DNA of 64,000 bases from Alphaproteobacteria bacterium (GTDB taxonomy: Bacteria > Pseudomonadota > Alphaproteobacteria > UBA7887): the NCBI GenBank assembly GCA_965214495.1, contig OZ243958.1, forward strand, positions 157,819 to 221,818, read 5' to 3'. Under the pieces are notes generated by a model. It was not told where the DNA came from. It was given only the letters and a program-made list of their open reading frames with translations, and did not search any database. Numbering within the stretch: the stretch's first letter is position 1; each line of letters starts with the position of its first letter. The position numbers and the translations under genes were made by a program. Shown here one piece after another: positions 25,188-34,432 of the stretch.

Positions 25188-27809
25188 TCAAAGCCCGGCG
25201 AGGCGAGCGGCGGCGGCGTCGAACTTCCGCAACAGGGCGCCGGCTTCGGCGCGCCGGGCGCGCTGCTCTTCGACCACCGTTTCAGGGGCGCGGGAGAGAA
25301 ACTTCGGATTCGACAGCTTACCGTCGAGGCGGGCGATCTCGCGGCGCAGCGCATCGCGCTCGCGCTCCAGGCGCGCTTTCTCGGCGGCGACGTCGATCAG
25401 GTTCGCTATCGCCAGAAACGCGCTCGCGCCATCGACGACGATCTCGACCGCGCCGGCAGGCGCTCGGTCGCCGGTCGAAGCCTCGACCCGCGCCAGGGTT
25501 TCGATCGCCTTTCGGTGACGGTCGAAGCGGCCGTCCGCGCCGACGAGCGTCAGCGCCGCCGTGGCGGCGGGCTGCACGTTCATTTCGGCGCGCGCCGAAC
25601 GCACCTCGCCGATCAGACGGATCAGCCAGTCCACCTCGTCGCGCGCCGCCTCGTCGCGCAGCGCTTCGCCCGGATCCGGCCAGGCGCCGGTCATGAGCAG
25701 GCTGTCGCCGCCGAGCCGGTCATGCAGTTCCTCGGTCACGAAAGGCATGATGGGATGCAGCGTCGCCAGCGTGCGACCGAGGATCCAACCGGCGACGGCG
25801 CGGGTGTCGTCTTTCGCCGCGCCGTTGGCGCCGTGCAACACGGGCTTGACGAGTTCCAGATACCAGTCGCAGAAGGTGCGCCACACGAAACGGTACAGGC
25901 GTTCTGCCGCCTCGTTGAATCGGCAGGCCTCGATGGACCCGGCAGCCGCCCGCGCTGCATCGACGAACTCGGTGACGATCCAGCGGTCGACCGTCGACCG
26001 CGCCGGCGGCGGCGCGGCGCCCTTCGGAAGCTGGCAGCCGTTGATCTCGCAGAAGCGGGCGGCGTTCCACAACTTGGTGACGAAGTTCCGATAGCCCACC
26101 ACACGCCGTTCCGACAGTTTGATGTCGCGTCCCTGCGCCGCCATCGCGACCAGCGTGAAGCGCAGCGCGTCGGCGCCGTGGGCGTCCATGAGCGCCAGCG
26201 GATCGATCACGTTGCCTTGCGATTTCGACATTTTCCGGCCGCGCGCGTCGCGTACCAGCGCGTGGATATACACCTCGCGAAACGGAACCGCGCCGGTGAA
26301 ATGCAGGCCGAGCATGATCATGCGCGCGACCCAGAAGAAGATGATGTCGAACCCGGTAACCAGCGTGCTCGTTGGATACCAGGTTCGCAGTTCCGCCGTA
26401 TCGCTGGGCCAACCCAGTGTCGAGAAGGGCCACAGGCCCGATGAGAACCAGGTGTCGAGGACGTCTTCGTCCTGAACCAGCGCCCGCGCCTCTCCGTAGC
26501 GCTCGGCCGCCAGAGCCGCGGCCTCCGTTTCGTCCATGGCGACGAAGATGGCGCCGTCCGGCCCATACCACGCCGGGATGCGATGGCCCCACCACAATTG
26601 CCGCGAGATACACCAGGGCTGGATGTTGCGCATCCACTCGAAATAGGTGTTCTCCCAGTTCTCGGGCACGAAGCGAATTCGCCCGTCTTCGACAGCGGCG
26701 ATCGCCGGCCCCGCCAAGGCTTTCGCATCGACATACCACTGGTCGGTCAGCCACGGCTCGATAACCGAGTCGGAGCGGTCGCCGTGCGGCACGGCATGAA
26801 CGTGATCCTCGACACGCGCGAGCGATCCCGCAGCGTCGAGGTCGGCGACGACGCGGGCGCGGGCTTCGAAGCGGTCGAGGCCGCGATACGCTTCCGGCGC
26901 CGCTTCGTTGAGCCGCCCGTGCCGGTCCAGCACGTTGATCATGTCGAGACCGTGGCGGCGGCCGACCTCGAAATCGTTGAAGTCGTGCGCCGGCGTGATC
27001 TTCACCGCGCCGGAGCCTTTTTCGGGATCGGTATGACCGTCGGCGACGATCGGGATGCGCCGTCCCACCAATGGCAGGATTGCATGGCGGCCGATCAGGC
27101 TCTTGTAACGCTCGTCGTCGGGATGCACGGCGACGGCGGTGTCGCCGAGCATCGTTTCAGGCCGGGTCGTGGCCACGGTGACATGCCCGCCGCCCTCGAG
27201 CGGATAGCGGATGTGCCACAGATGGCCTTCGACCTCCCTTTGCACCACTTCGAGGTCGCTGATCGCGGTGAGCAACCGGCAGTCCCAATTGACCAGCCTC
27301 TTGTCGCGATAGATCAACCCGTCGCGGTAAAGGCGGACGAAGGCGGTGCGCACGGCGCGGCTCAGGCCGTCGTCGAGGGTGAAGCGCTCGCGCCGCCAGT
27401 CCGGCGAGGCGCCGAGGCGGTGTAGCTGGCGGTTGATCGCGCCGCCCGACTCGGCCTTCCATTGCCAGACCCGTTCGACGAAGGCGTCGCGGCCCAACGC
27501 GCGCCGGCTCTCTCCCGCCTCGTTCAACCGGCGTTCGACCACCATTTGCGTCGCGATCCCGGCGTGATCCATGCCGGGTTGCCACAGGGCGCTGCGCCCG
27601 GCCATGCGCCAGTAACGGGTCAGCACGTCTTGCAGGGTCATGTTGAGCGCGTGCCCGATGTGCAGGCTGCCGGTCACGTTCGGCGGCGGCATGACGACGC
27701 AGAAAGGCGTTCCCGGACGCTCCGGGTCGGCGGCGAACGCGCCGGCATCCTGCCAGCGCTCGAAAATCGCGGCTTCGACCTCGGCCGGCCGATAGGTCTT
27801 CGCGAGCAT
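25188..27809 (-). CDS. valS: Valine--tRNA ligase
   Basis: MLAKTYRPAEVE...W, the class I HIGH motif PPPNVTGSLHIGHALN, the KMSKS motif and a C-terminal coiled coil are present. 873 aa from ATG 27809; the ORF is open to 27947. Confidence 0.95.
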   Translation of the reverse strand: MLAKTYRPAEVEAAIFERWQDAGAFAADPERPGTPFCVVMPPPNVTGSLHIGHALNMTLQDVLTRYWRMAGRSALWQPGMDHAGIATQMVVERRLNEAGESRRALGRDAFVERVWQWKAESGGAINRQLHRLGASPDWRRERFTLDDGLSRAVRTAFVRLYRDGLIYRDKRLVNWDCRLLTAISDLEVVQREVEGHLWHIRYPLEGGGHVTVATTRPETMLGDTAVAVHPDDERYKSLIGRHAILPLVGRRIPIVADGHTDPEKGSGAVKITPAHDFNDFEVGRRHGLDMINVLDRHGRLNEAAPEAYRGLDRFEARARVVADLDAAGSLARVEDHVHAVPHGDRSDSVIEPWLTDQWYVDAKALAGPAIAAVEDGRIRFVPENWENTYFEWMRNIQPWCISRQLWWGHRIPAWYGPDGAIFVAMDETEAAALAAERYGEARALVQDEDVLDTWFSSGLWPFSTLGWPSDTAELRTWYPTSTLVTGFDIIFFWVARMIMLGLHFTGAVPFREVYIHALVRDARGRKMSKSQGNVIDPLALMDAHGADALRFTLVAMAAQGRDIKLSERRVVGYRNFVTKLWNAARFCEINGCQLPKGAAPPPARSTVDRWIVTEFVDAARAAAGSIEACRFNEAAERLYRFVWRTFCDWYLELVKPVLHGANGAAKDDTRAVAGWILGRTLATLHPIMPFVTEELHDRLGGDSLLMTGAWPDPGEALRDEAARDEVDWLIRLIGEVRSARAEMNVQPAATAALTLVGADGRFDRHRKAIETLARVEASTGDRAPAGAVEIVVDGASAFLAIANLIDVAAEKARLERERDALRREIARLDGKLSNPKFLSRAPETVVEEQRARRAEAGALLRKFDAAAARLAGL

Positions 27810-27811
27810 GG

Positions 27812-28570
27812 TCAGCCCCCGGATGCCCGAGCCGTCGGCCCGGTTTCGACGAGAGAGCGCCATTCGCGGAGGAACTTTCTCATGTCTCCGTTCCGGATAA
27901 ACGATTCGTTGTATGGATGTTCGGCGACCACCGGGTCGCCGACGCATTCCGCCAGCCTTTGCGCGAATTTACCTAGCAACACCACCGTCGCCCCCTGCTT
28001 CGAGGCATCCCTCAATACGGCTTCGATCAAAGGCAGCCACTGGTTTATCTGCCTGCGTTTGCCTTGTCCGGTGTGGAGACTGAGACCCGCGTTGAGCCAC
28101 AGCCACCCGCGTTCCTGCCCGCGGAAGAACAATTCGGAAAGATCCTCGATAAGGCCGCTCTTGTCCATGCGCCGAATGGCGTCGCGGCCGGTGGCGTGCT
28201 CGTCGAGTCGCCCGATCGCGGCGAACCAGGCCTTGAGCCAATTGCGCAACGACGTCGCCTTGTTGACTTCGGTGCCGAGCTCGCCGGAGTCACGAAAGAG
28301 TTTACCGACCTTCGCATCGTAGAACGACAGACCGCAGGCGCTTTCCTTCCGCGGGTAGGGAGATTCGCCCAGCCATACCACTCTGACGCGCGACCGCGGA
28401 ACGGAAAAAGCCGCGAGACATTTGTCGACTCCGGGAATCCAGTTCGGCGCCGCTTCCAGGTGGCGGAGAAAATCGCCGTCCATCTCGTTCAGGCTGCGTT
28501 GCAGGAAGCACCGCCAGCTCTGGTGAACCACGCTCAGCAGCCGTTCTCTGAAACGGTGGCCTTCCGGCAT
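27812..28570 (-). CDS. Divergent UNG-fold (uracil-DNA glycosylase superfamily) protein with altered active-site motif
   Basis: Aligns by eye to family-1 UNG. [24 protein letters not shown] matches [39 protein letters not shown] matches [26 protein letters not shown] matches [21 protein letters not shown] matches APHPSPLS. The catalytic Asp of GQDPYH is replaced (GESPYP). Hand-counted GC is about 57-60% over 27961-28080, below the flanks. Confidence 0.65.
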   Translation of the reverse strand: [252 protein letters not shown]

Positions 28571-28612
28571 GGGTCGTCTCCGGCGAACGGCGCCGGCGCG
28601 GAGAGGGGCGAG

Positions 28613-29212
28613 TCAGCGCCGAAGCCGTTCCGCCAGGCGACGTACTTCGGCTTCCACGATGGTTCTGACCATGTCGGGCAGGTTGGCGTCCAGCCATTCA
28701 CGCAGCATCGGCTTGATCAAATCGGCGGTGAACTGCTCGACGGTGCGTCCGCCCGCCGCTCCAGGTTCTGGCGGCAGCGCGGCGACCGCTCCCAGTCCGG
28801 TCAGCGCATTGACGGAGGCTGCTTCGGCTTCCTCCGATACCAGCTTGTCCAGGGCCGGTTCGGATACCAGTCCGTCCAGCGCCGGCGGAATCTCGGTCCG
28901 GTCCGGTAGTTCGGGTTCCAAGGGCGGTTCGGCATACGCGGCGTCCGGAGCATCGTCCGCCGATGGCCCGTTGACTGACGCCAGGACGTCGGGCGGGGGA
29001 GGCGGAGGTTCCGGCAGGCCGTCGATGTCGGGGGCGGCGGGTGGCGCGACCGCGGAAACGACCCCCGCCGGGTCGGGGGTGAGCCCTTCTCCCGCCTCGC
29101 CGCCGTCCGAAATGATCTTGCGGATCGACGACAGGATCTCCTCCATCGAGGCGTCCTGCTCGCCATCCCGGTCGGTTACGGCCATGGTTTCGTTTCCGCT
29201 GTCCGTGACCAT
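28613..29212 (-). CDS. DUF2497 / PopZ-like protein
   Basis: N-terminal SMEEILSSIRKIISD, an acidic Pro/Ala-rich low-complexity centre, and a C-terminal LIKPMLREWLDANLPDMVRTIVEAEVRRL. The gene sits between tolC and valS, as in many alphaproteobacteria. Confidence 0.75.
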   Translation of the reverse strand: MVTDSGNETMAVTDRDGEQDASMEEILSSIRKIISDGGEAGEGLTPDPAGVVSAVAPPAAPDIDGLPEPPPPPPDVLASVNGPSADDAPDAAYAEPPLEPELPDRTEIPPALDGLVSEPALDKLVSEEAEAASVNALTGLGAVAALPPEPGAAGGRTVEQFTADLIKPMLREWLDANLPDMVRTIVEAEVRRLAERLRR

Positions 29213-30565
29213 CTAGTAGCCGAACCCGAACCACTTGCCGCGCACGGCGTCGAAATGCGCGGTGGGATCGTAGAGTTCGACCGGCAGCCCCAGTTCGCGC
29301 GCCGTCATGCGGCCCATTACGGCCAGCAGCCGGAAGGTGGCCATCGCCGCGTCGGCGTCGGCACGCACCAGATTCACTCGCGCCGCGAACAGTTCCTGTT
29401 CGGCGTCGAGCACGTCGAGCACGGTGCGCGCGCCCACGGCGGCTTCCTGTGCCACGCCTTCGAGTGCGATGCCGTTGGCTTCGACCGATGCCCGGAACGC
29501 GCTAACCCGCGCCCGCGCGGTCTGAAGCCGCTCCCAGCTCTGGGCCACCGATTCGCGCACCCCGCGGCGCGCCGAGTCGAGTTCGCGCCGGCGCTGTACC
29601 GCCACTTCGCGCAGTTCGCGGACCCGGACATATTCGGCGCCGGACTGATAGAGCGGGACCGATAGGTTGGCGACGATTTCCGCGGAATCGGATCGCGAGG
29701 TGAACGAGTTCGGTTGCCAACTCCGTCCCGCCGTCACGTCCAGCGTCACCCGCGGCAGCAGGCGCGCCCCGGCGGCGCTGATGTCGAACAGCGCCGCACG
29801 TTCGAGCCGCGCGGCGCGCGCCACTGCCGGGTTGCGCTCAAGGCCGAGTTCAAACGCCGCCGGCGCCGTCTCGGGCACCGAGAACATCGTCATCGCCGGA
29901 AAATCGAGCAGACCGGGAGCGACGCCCATCAGGTTCTCGTAAGTCGCGCGCGAAACTTCGAGATTGCCTCTGGCCTCGATACGCGCGGCGCGGGCGTCCG
30001 CAACCCGTGCCTCGGCTTGCGAAACGTCGGTCCGGGTAACTTCGCCGACCTGGAAGCGGTCGCGTGTCGCCTGCAACTGCCGCTCCAGCACCTGCTCGTT
30101 GCTGACGTTGAGGTCGACGACCGATTGGTCGCGGACGACGGTGACGTAAACCGATGCAGCGTCGGCGAGCACCCTCTGTTCGACCTCGATAAGGCCGGCC
30201 CGACCCGCGAGGACGCGCTGTTCCGCCGCGCGAGTCATCGACGAGGTGGCGCCGCCGCGCCATAGCGGCTGTGAGACGCTGACCCCGGTCGATGCGATCT
30301 CGTTGCTTTGCCAACCGGACCCGAACGTGCTTTTCTGGCCCAGGCGGCGCCGACCGGCGCTCGAACGTAATTCCACTGTGGGCCGCCAGCCCGAACGGGC
30401 GTTCGGGACGCCTTCGTCGATAGCTCGCAGCGCTGCACGTTCCGACAACAGGCGCGGATTGGTGGCGTAGGCTTGCGCCAGCGCCTCTTCGAGCGTCTGC
30501 GCCGATGCCTCGCCGGCGATCGCCGCCGCAACCGCCGCGATGGCCAAACCGTTCCGCATCCGCAT
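29213..30565 (-). CDS. tolC: TolC family outer-membrane channel protein
   Basis: Signal peptide MRMRNGLAIAAVAAAIAGEASAQ, then TLEEALAQAYATNPRLL. The two-repeat architecture has the characteristic ...DVLDAEQELF.AR..L..A. Ends in ...GFGY. Start taken at ATG 30565. Confidence 0.85.
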   Translation of the reverse strand: MRMRNGLAIAAVAAAIAGEASAQTLEEALAQAYATNPRLLSERAALRAIDEGVPNARSGWRPTVELRSSAGRRRLGQKSTFGSGWQSNEIASTGVSVSQPLWRGGATSSMTRAAEQRVLAGRAGLIEVEQRVLADAASVYVTVVRDQSVVDLNVSNEQVLERQLQATRDRFQVGEVTRTDVSQAEARVADARAARIEARGNLEVSRATYENLMGVAPGLLDFPAMTMFSVPETAPAAFELGLERNPAVARAARLERAALFDISAAGARLLPRVTLDVTAGRSWQPNSFTSRSDSAEIVANLSVPLYQSGAEYVRVRELREVAVQRRRELDSARRGVRESVAQSWERLQTARARVSAFRASVEANGIALEGVAQEAAVGARTVLDVLDAEQELFAARVNLVRADADAAMATFRLLAVMGRMTARELGLPVELYDPTAHFDAVRGKWFGFGY

Positions 30566-30619
30566 GTTCCCGCCTCTTCGGTCGCCCGACCCGGCTCTCA
30601 TAGCAGAAGCGTCCGGTTC

Positions 30620-30964
30620 CTAATAGACCGCCATCGCCCCATCGACCGTCCGCGCCCAGCTATCGATACCGCCGTCGAGGTTGACCGCCCGATCGACCCC
30701 ACTGGCGCGCAGAAAGACGGTGGCGTGGGCGCTTCGCGCGCCGTGGTGGCAGACCACGACGACCGGGGCGTCGCGCGGCACTTCGTCGAGCCGAGCGGGC
30801 AATTCCGCGAGCGGGATATGCAGCGCCTCGTCGAAACCGCAGATCTCGAGTTCCCACGCTTCGCGCACATCGAGCAGGCGGCACGCCGCATGGGTGCGCC
30901 AATGCGCGAGCGCCGCCGCGTCGATGGCGAACGGCAGAGCCCGGGTTGCGCCCTCAGAAGACAA
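30620..30964 (-). CDS. Rhodanese-like domain protein
   Basis: LLDVRE..E......F..ALHIPL.EL..RLDE.P.D.PVVVVCHHGARSA.A..FL...G...V.NL.GGI..W, with active-site loop CHHGARS. The start is uncertain; TTG at 30964 overlaps the pcm stop, and the annotated ORF extends to 31039 inside pcm. Confidence 0.65.
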   Translation of the reverse strand: MSSEGATRALPFAIDAAALAHWRTHAACRLLDVREAWELEICGFDEALHIPLAELPARLDEVPRDAPVVVVCHHGARSAHATVFLRASGVDRAVNLDGGIDSWARTVDGAMAVY

Positions 30965-31610
30965 ACCCGGCGCGCCTTTCGAACCCCGGGAGGGGCGCCG
31001 CCACGGCCTCGAACAGCGTGCGCCGTGACACCGCGCCATGCGTCTTCAGCCAGCGCACGGCCGTGCCCGCCGCGCCGGGGCGACGCAGCACCGCGACCAG
31101 CCGTCCGCCCTCGGCAAGCTGCTCCGACAAGCCGTCGGGCACCGCACCGATCGCGCCGCTGAAAAGGATCGCGTCGTAGGGAGCCTGTTCGGGATAGCCG
31201 TCTTCCAGCGCACGGTTGACCACCACGGCGTTGTCGATCCCCAGCGCGACCAGCCGGTCGTTCGCTTCTGCGGCGAGCGTCGCGTCGGGTTCGATACCGA
31301 TGGCGGCGCCGGCCACGAGTCCGAGGACTGCCGTGGAGTAACCGGCGGCGCAGCCGATATCGAGCACGGTGTCGCCTTCGTTGACCGGGGTTTCGGCGAC
31401 CAGCCGCGCGAATACCGCCGGCGCCATCAGATGCCGTCCGCCGGCGATCTCGATATCGTCATCGACATACGCCACCGAGCGCCGCGCCTCGGGCACGAAG
31501 TGTTCGCGCGGAACCCGCGCCATGGCGTCGAGCAATCGCGGGTCGGCGACCTTGTTCGGCCTGATCTGGCAGGCGACCATGCGCGCGCGCATGGCATCGT
31601 AGTCCGACAT
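30954..31610 (-). CDS. pcm: Protein-L-isoaspartate O-methyltransferase family protein
   Basis: MV..QIR...V.D.RLLDAM..VPRE.FVP, the SAM motif VLDIGCAAGYSTAVL, and YDAILFSGA....P..L..QL..GGRLV are present. Start at ATG 31610. Confidence 0.8.
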   Translation of the reverse strand: MSDYDAMRARMVACQIRPNKVADPRLLDAMARVPREHFVPEARRSVAYVDDDIEIAGGRHLMAPAVFARLVAETPVNEGDTVLDIGCAAGYSTAVLGLVAGAAIGIEPDATLAAEANDRLVALGIDNAVVVNRALEDGYPEQAPYDAILFSGAIGAVPDGLSEQLAEGGRLVAVLRRPGAAGTAVRWLKTHGAVSRRTLFEAVAAPLPGFERRAGFVF

Positions 31611-31854
31611 TGCCGCCGCCCGGAGCCTCCCGTCTCGAACGCGGCTACGATATAGGCTCTCGCCGCCGGGCCGGCAACGCCGTTTCGTCCGGTCGGTCGC
31701 AGCGCCTCCTCTCGCAGACGCCTGAACGAGAACAGGGCATTGACTCCCCAAGGGCGTCGAAATTATCGTGCTCGCGCGCAGCCGGCCGAGCCCGTCGTCA
31801 TCAGCCGGCGTCGTTACGAGCCCCGATGCGCGCGCAATCACGGAGCCACGCTCG

Positions 31855-32604
31855 ATGAAAGTCCTCGTCGCGGTCAAGCGCGTCATCGACTACAACGTCA
31901 AAATCAGGGTCAAGAGCGACAGGACCGGCGTCGAGACCGCCAACGTCAAGATGTCGATGAACCCGTTCGACGAAATCGCGGTCGAGGAAGCGATCAGACT
32001 GAAGGAAGCCGGCGCCGCCAGCGAGATCGTCGCCGTGTCGATGGGCCCGGAGCAATGCCGGGAAACTCTGCGCACGGCGTTCGCCATGGGGGCCGACCGG
32101 GGAATTCTGGTCCGCCACGACGGGGTGCTGGAGCCGCTCGCGGTCGCCAAGCTGCTCAAGGCGATCGTCGAGGCCGAGGCGCCCGACCTCGTGATCCTCG
32201 GCAAGCAGGCAATCGACGACGACTCCAACCAGACCGGCCAGATGCTGGCGGCGATGCTCGGTTGGCCCCAGGGCGCCTTCGCCTCGAAACTCGTCCCCGC
32301 CGACGGAGTCGCCGAGGTGACCCGCGAAGTCGATGGCGGCCTCGAAACCGTGGCCTTGACCCTGCCGGCGGTCGTGACCACCGATCTGCGGCTCAACGAA
32401 CCGCGCTACGCCTCGTTGCCCAACATCATGCGAGCGAAGAAGAAACCGATCGACGTGAAGACCCCGGACGATTACGGCGTCGATCCGGCGCCGCGACTCG
32501 AAACCCTGAAGGTGGACGAACCGCCGAAGCGTCAGGCCGGTGTCAAGGTGGAAAGCGTCGAGGAACTGGTGGTGAAACTGCGCGAAGAGGCGGGAGCCAT
32601 CTGA
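31855..32604 (+). CDS. etfB: Electron transfer flavoprotein subunit beta
   Basis: [23 protein letters not shown]....[20 protein letters not shown] and [18 protein letters not shown] are present. Confidence 0.92.
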   Translation: MKVLVAVKRVIDYNVKIRVKSDRTGVETANVKMSMNPFDEIAVEEAIRLKEAGAASEIVAVSMGPEQCRETLRTAFAMGADRGILVRHDGVLEPLAVAKLLKAIVEAEAPDLVILGKQAIDDDSNQTGQMLAAMLGWPQGAFASKLVPADGVAEVTREVDGGLETVALTLPAVVTTDLRLNEPRYASLPNIMRAKKKPIDVKTPDDYGVDPAPRLETLKVDEPPKRQAGVKVESVEELVVKLREEAGAI

Positions 32605-33545
32605 TGGCGGTGCTGGTCATCGGCGAGCACGACAACGCCGAACTCAAGCCGGCGACGCTGAACTCCGTGGCGGCCGCCGCCGCGCTCGACGGCGATATCG
32701 ATCTGCTGATCGCGGGCGCGGATTGCGGCGAGGTTGCCCGGACCGCGGCGACGGTCGCAGGGGTCCGCCGCGTGCGCGTTGCCGACGACCCGGCGCTCGA
32801 ACATCAGTTGGCGGAGGCGATGGCGCCGCTCGTCGCCCGGTTCGCGGGTGAATACAGCCATGTGCTCGCGCCGTCCGACACGTTCGGCAAGAACCTCGTG
32901 CCGCGCGCGGCCGCACTGCTCGACGTGCAGCAGGTTTCCGACATCACGGCCATCCTGTCGAACGATACCTTCGAACGGCCGATCTACGCCGGCAACGCTG
33001 TCGCGACCGTGCGTTCGGCAGACGTCCCGAAGCTGATCACGGTGCGCGGCACGGCGTTCAAGGCGGCAGGCTTCGGCGGCTCGGCGGCGATCGAGGCCGT
33101 CGCCGGGGTCGCGACGGTCGACTCCGGGTCGCGGTTCGTCGGGCGGGCGCTCTCGCGCTCCGAACGGCCCGAACTGACCTCGGCGCGTGTGATCGTTTCG
33201 GGCGGCCGCGGTATGGGCTCGGGCGAGAACTTCAAGATCCTCGAAGCCCTCGCCGACAAACTCGGCGCGGCGGTCGGCGCTTCGCGCGCCGCCGTCGATG
33301 CCGGCTACGTGCCCAACGACTATCAGGTCGGCCAGACGGGAAAAATCGTCGCGCCCGAACTCTATATCGCGGTCGGTATCTCCGGCGCCATCCAGCACCT
33401 CGCCGGCATGAAGGATTCCAAGGTTATCGTCGCCGTCAACAAGGACGAGGAGGCGCCCATCTTTCAGATCGCCGACTATGGCCTCGTCGGCGACCTGTTC
33501 AAGTTGGTGCCGGAACTGACCGCCGCGATCCCGGAAAAGGGTTGA
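32604..33545 (+). CDS. etfA: Electron transfer flavoprotein subunit alpha
   Basis: [18 protein letters not shown], the FAD-binding region [49 protein letters not shown]. An ATGA-type overlap links it to etfB. Confidence 0.92.
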   Translation: MAVLVIGEHDNAELKPATLNSVAAAAALDGDIDLLIAGADCGEVARTAATVAGVRRVRVADDPALEHQLAEAMAPLVARFAGEYSHVLAPSDTFGKNLVPRAAALLDVQQVSDITAILSNDTFERPIYAGNAVATVRSADVPKLITVRGTAFKAAGFGGSAAIEAVAGVATVDSGSRFVGRALSRSERPELTSARVIVSGGRGMGSGENFKILEALADKLGAAVGASRAAVDAGYVPNDYQVGQTGKIVAPELYIAVGISGAIQHLAGMKDSKVIVAVNKDEEAPIFQIADYGLVGDLFKLVPELTAAIPEKG

Positions 33546-34426
33546 AGCTGATGATCGACAGGATCGCAGTAATCGGCGCGGGCCAGATGGGTTCCGGCAT
33601 CGCCCATGTCTGCGCCCTCGCCGGCCGCAGGGTCGCCCTCATCGATGTCGGGCCGGACGCGCTGGACAGGGCGATGCGCAACATCGAGCGCAATCTCGGC
33701 CGGCAGGTTGCGCGGGGCACCGTCGATGCACTCGACAAGGCCGAGGCGCTGGCCCATATCGAAACCGGGACTGCCCTCGCCGCGGCAGCCGACGCCGATA
33801 TCGTGATCGAAGCCGCGACCGAGAAGGAAGAGGTCAAGAAACAGATATTTCACGAACTTTGTCCGGTGCTGCAACGCGCCGAGACGCTGATCGCAACCAA
33901 CACGTCGTCGATCTCGATCACGCGGCTCGCGACATCGACCGACCGGCCCGAACGCTTCATCGGCATGCACTTCATGAATCCGGCGCCGGTGATGCAACTT
34001 GTCGAACTCATTCGCGGCATCGCAACGAGCCGCGAGACCTATGAAACGGTCCGCGAATTCACCGCCCAGCTCGGCAAGACCCCCGTCAGCGCGGAGGATT
34101 TCCCGGCCTTCATCGTCAACCGGATCCTGCTGCCGATGATCAATGAGGCGATCTACACCCTCTATGAGGGCGTCGGTTCGGTGGAGGCGATCGACGTGGC
34201 GATGAAACTCGGCGCCAACCACCCGATGGGGCCGCTCGCGCTTGCCGATTTCATCGGTCTCGACGTCTGCCTCGCGGTCATGCAGGTCCTGCACGACGGG
34301 TTGGCCGACACGAAATACCGCCCCTGCCCGCTGCTGGTGAAATATGTCGAGGCCGGCTGGATCGGCCGCAAGGTCGGTCGCGGCTTCTACGACTATACCG
34401 GCGACAAGCCTGTGCCGACCCGGTAG
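33542..34426 (+). CDS. 3-hydroxybutyryl-CoA dehydrogenase
   Basis: IAVIGAGQMGSGIAHV, EAATEKEEVKK.IF, TNTSSISIT, HFMNPAPVM.LVE.IRG, GFIVNRIL.PMINEA and MG.NHPMGPL.LADFIGLD motifs are present. Confidence 0.9.
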   Translation: MKLMIDRIAVIGAGQMGSGIAHVCALAGRRVALIDVGPDALDRAMRNIERNLGRQVARGTVDALDKAEALAHIETGTALAAAADADIVIEAATEKEEVKKQIFHELCPVLQRAETLIATNTSSISITRLATSTDRPERFIGMHFMNPAPVMQLVELIRGIATSRETYETVREFTAQLGKTPVSAEDFPAFIVNRILLPMINEAIYTLYEGVGSVEAIDVAMKLGANHPMGPLALADFIGLDVCLAVMQVLHDGLADTKYRPCPLLVKYVEAGWIGRKVGRGFYDYTGDKPVPTR

Positions 34427-34432
34427 GCGCGC

